DNA of 64,000 bases. It comes from Euprymna scolopes. Taxonomy: Eukaryota. Where the stretch lies: the NCBI GenBank assembly GCA_053919585.1, contig CM132790.1. The stretch is one strand, 5' to 3'. A program made the position numbers and the translations under genes. The notes beneath the pieces were generated by a model. It saw only the letters and a program-made list of their open reading frames with translations. It did not search any database and had not been told where the DNA came from. Positions 62,590 to 64,000 of the stretch are shown one piece after another (within the stretch, counting starts at the first letter, position 1; every line of letters starts with the position of its first letter).

Positions 62590-63310
62590 TTAGACTACTT
62601 TGTCTTATTTGGATTAATCGGACTAATGTTCTCATCTTTCGTGTTGTTTGCACAATGTTTCGATCGATATAACCGCCGACCTTCTCCGAGTGTATGTCGC
62701 CATGTTTGATAGAGGAAAGGAAGGAAGATTTAGCTCTACACTTTCGAGGTTTCGTATTTAGGTTAAAGTGAAAATAAATTTACAAAAATTTATAAAGTCA
62801 ATAAAAATATCAAACGAAACACTGAGGGGATATTTTTTTCTGAATAACGAAAAAAGAAAAAGAAAAAAAAGGGGGGGGAGCTTAAAGTTCAACTAGATCA
62901 TTAAAAAATATGTAAGTTCTTAAAACAGTAAAATTTACGTTGTGCAAATAAAACTAAACATGAGAACATTAATTCGAATAATACAATCATTCTTCATCTA
63001 AAAAAAGTCTGAACTTTAATTCGGACGACTATTCTCATCTTAGATGCTATATTTAATTGATCTAACCCTAAACCGATCATTTTTCAGGTGTATATTTCGA
63101 ACTTTGAAAACTATATAATATTTTTAATTGAACCTTACGGTATTAAATTGTTCTTGTTCCGTCATCCATTACCAGATGAAAGCGTTCACCCGCTTGGATT
63201 AAATAAAAGGTAAGTTCGAAATTCCCTGCACGTTCCTGGGATTTTCAAAAACAGTGCGAAAATAACAACCAAGATAAGAAATTTAATTCAAATAATTCAA
63301 ATTATCAATT
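62590..63310. mobile_element. Cluster of decayed Penelope-like terminal repeats in both orientations
   Basis: ggactaatgttctcatctt tail at ~62620 and ~63020, reverse copies at ~62960 and ~63270; degenerate hammerhead at 62651-62692 (-). Confidence 0.55.
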
Positions 63311-63311
63311 A

Positions 63312-63635
63312 TAAGTTATCCACTATGGCCATCGCATTAGGGATTATGGCTTGTTGATGTAAATAGCGAAACCCCGTGATCCGAAAATCAACCGGAAAAC
63401 AAAACGAACGCTTTCTTCATTATTTTATAAAACCGTACCGTATAGACATCGATAAACAATGCTTAATAGGATAGCTCTAACATATATTATATATCGTGTT
63501 TATGACGAAGATATCATGCTTTTAATTCAAGTTTTCAATTTAGGCTTGTTTCGTTTTCCATTTTGGATCACAGCGTTTCGCTTTTTACATCAACAAGTCA
63601 TAAGCCCAAATGCGACGGCCATAGTAGATAACTTA
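63312..63635. mobile_element. MITE with ~75-bp TIRs
   Basis: taagttatccactatggccatcgcat...atgcgacggccatagtagataactta. Confidence 0.8.
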
Positions 63636-64000
63636 CATTGCCTAAGGTTTACATATTTAAAGTGTATTTCTCAATACCAAAATGTGTATTTTTCAATACC
63701 AAAATGTGCATTTCTCAATAGATTTTAATTCAAAATGATTCTCCATGCAATAATATTTGACATCAAAAAATTTAATGCCTACAGATTTTTTTTTCTCGCA
63801 ATTAACTCACACCGTCATTTACTGACTTTGCTTGTTATTATTCCTAATCTGTTCATTGCTACTGAACTTTAGCAGTGCCAAGTCAGGAAGTGCGGTTGTC
63901 GATTGCTTAACGCTTGTTTCACTATAAACTCCTTATTATACAGGAACAATTTCAGAGTTTATCACACTATCTCTCTAGACCTAAGCGGTCAACTAATCGA

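Overview
AT-rich, repeat-dense eukaryotic (metazoan invertebrate) intergenic or intronic DNA. The repeat repertoire is reminiscent of coleoid cephalopods; this is an inference from recall and was not checked. No intact protein-coding gene is supported. The long ORFs at 23.7-26 kb are translations of a (CT)n/GCATG satellite, and most others are transposon debris or chance ORFs. Retroelements: about 11 fragments of one CR1-group LINE family sharing a structured 3' tail, a second CR1/L2-group LINE, RTE LINE remnants and a SINE with a 14-bp target-site duplication (TSD). DNA transposons: decayed mariner and DD37D elements, MITEs of hAT, Merlin-like, pogo-like and MULE-like types (four stacked at 56.3-60.7 kb) and non-autonomous Helitron-like elements. 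RNA-derived relics: 5S-derived and U2-derived pseudogenes. There is one 129-nt assembly gap. The most interesting signal is a dispersed set of Penelope-like terminal repeats, often as inverted pairs (including a near-perfect 478-bp palindrome), that carry minimal type-I hammerhead ribozyme motifs with a loopless palindromic stem III that covaries between two families.
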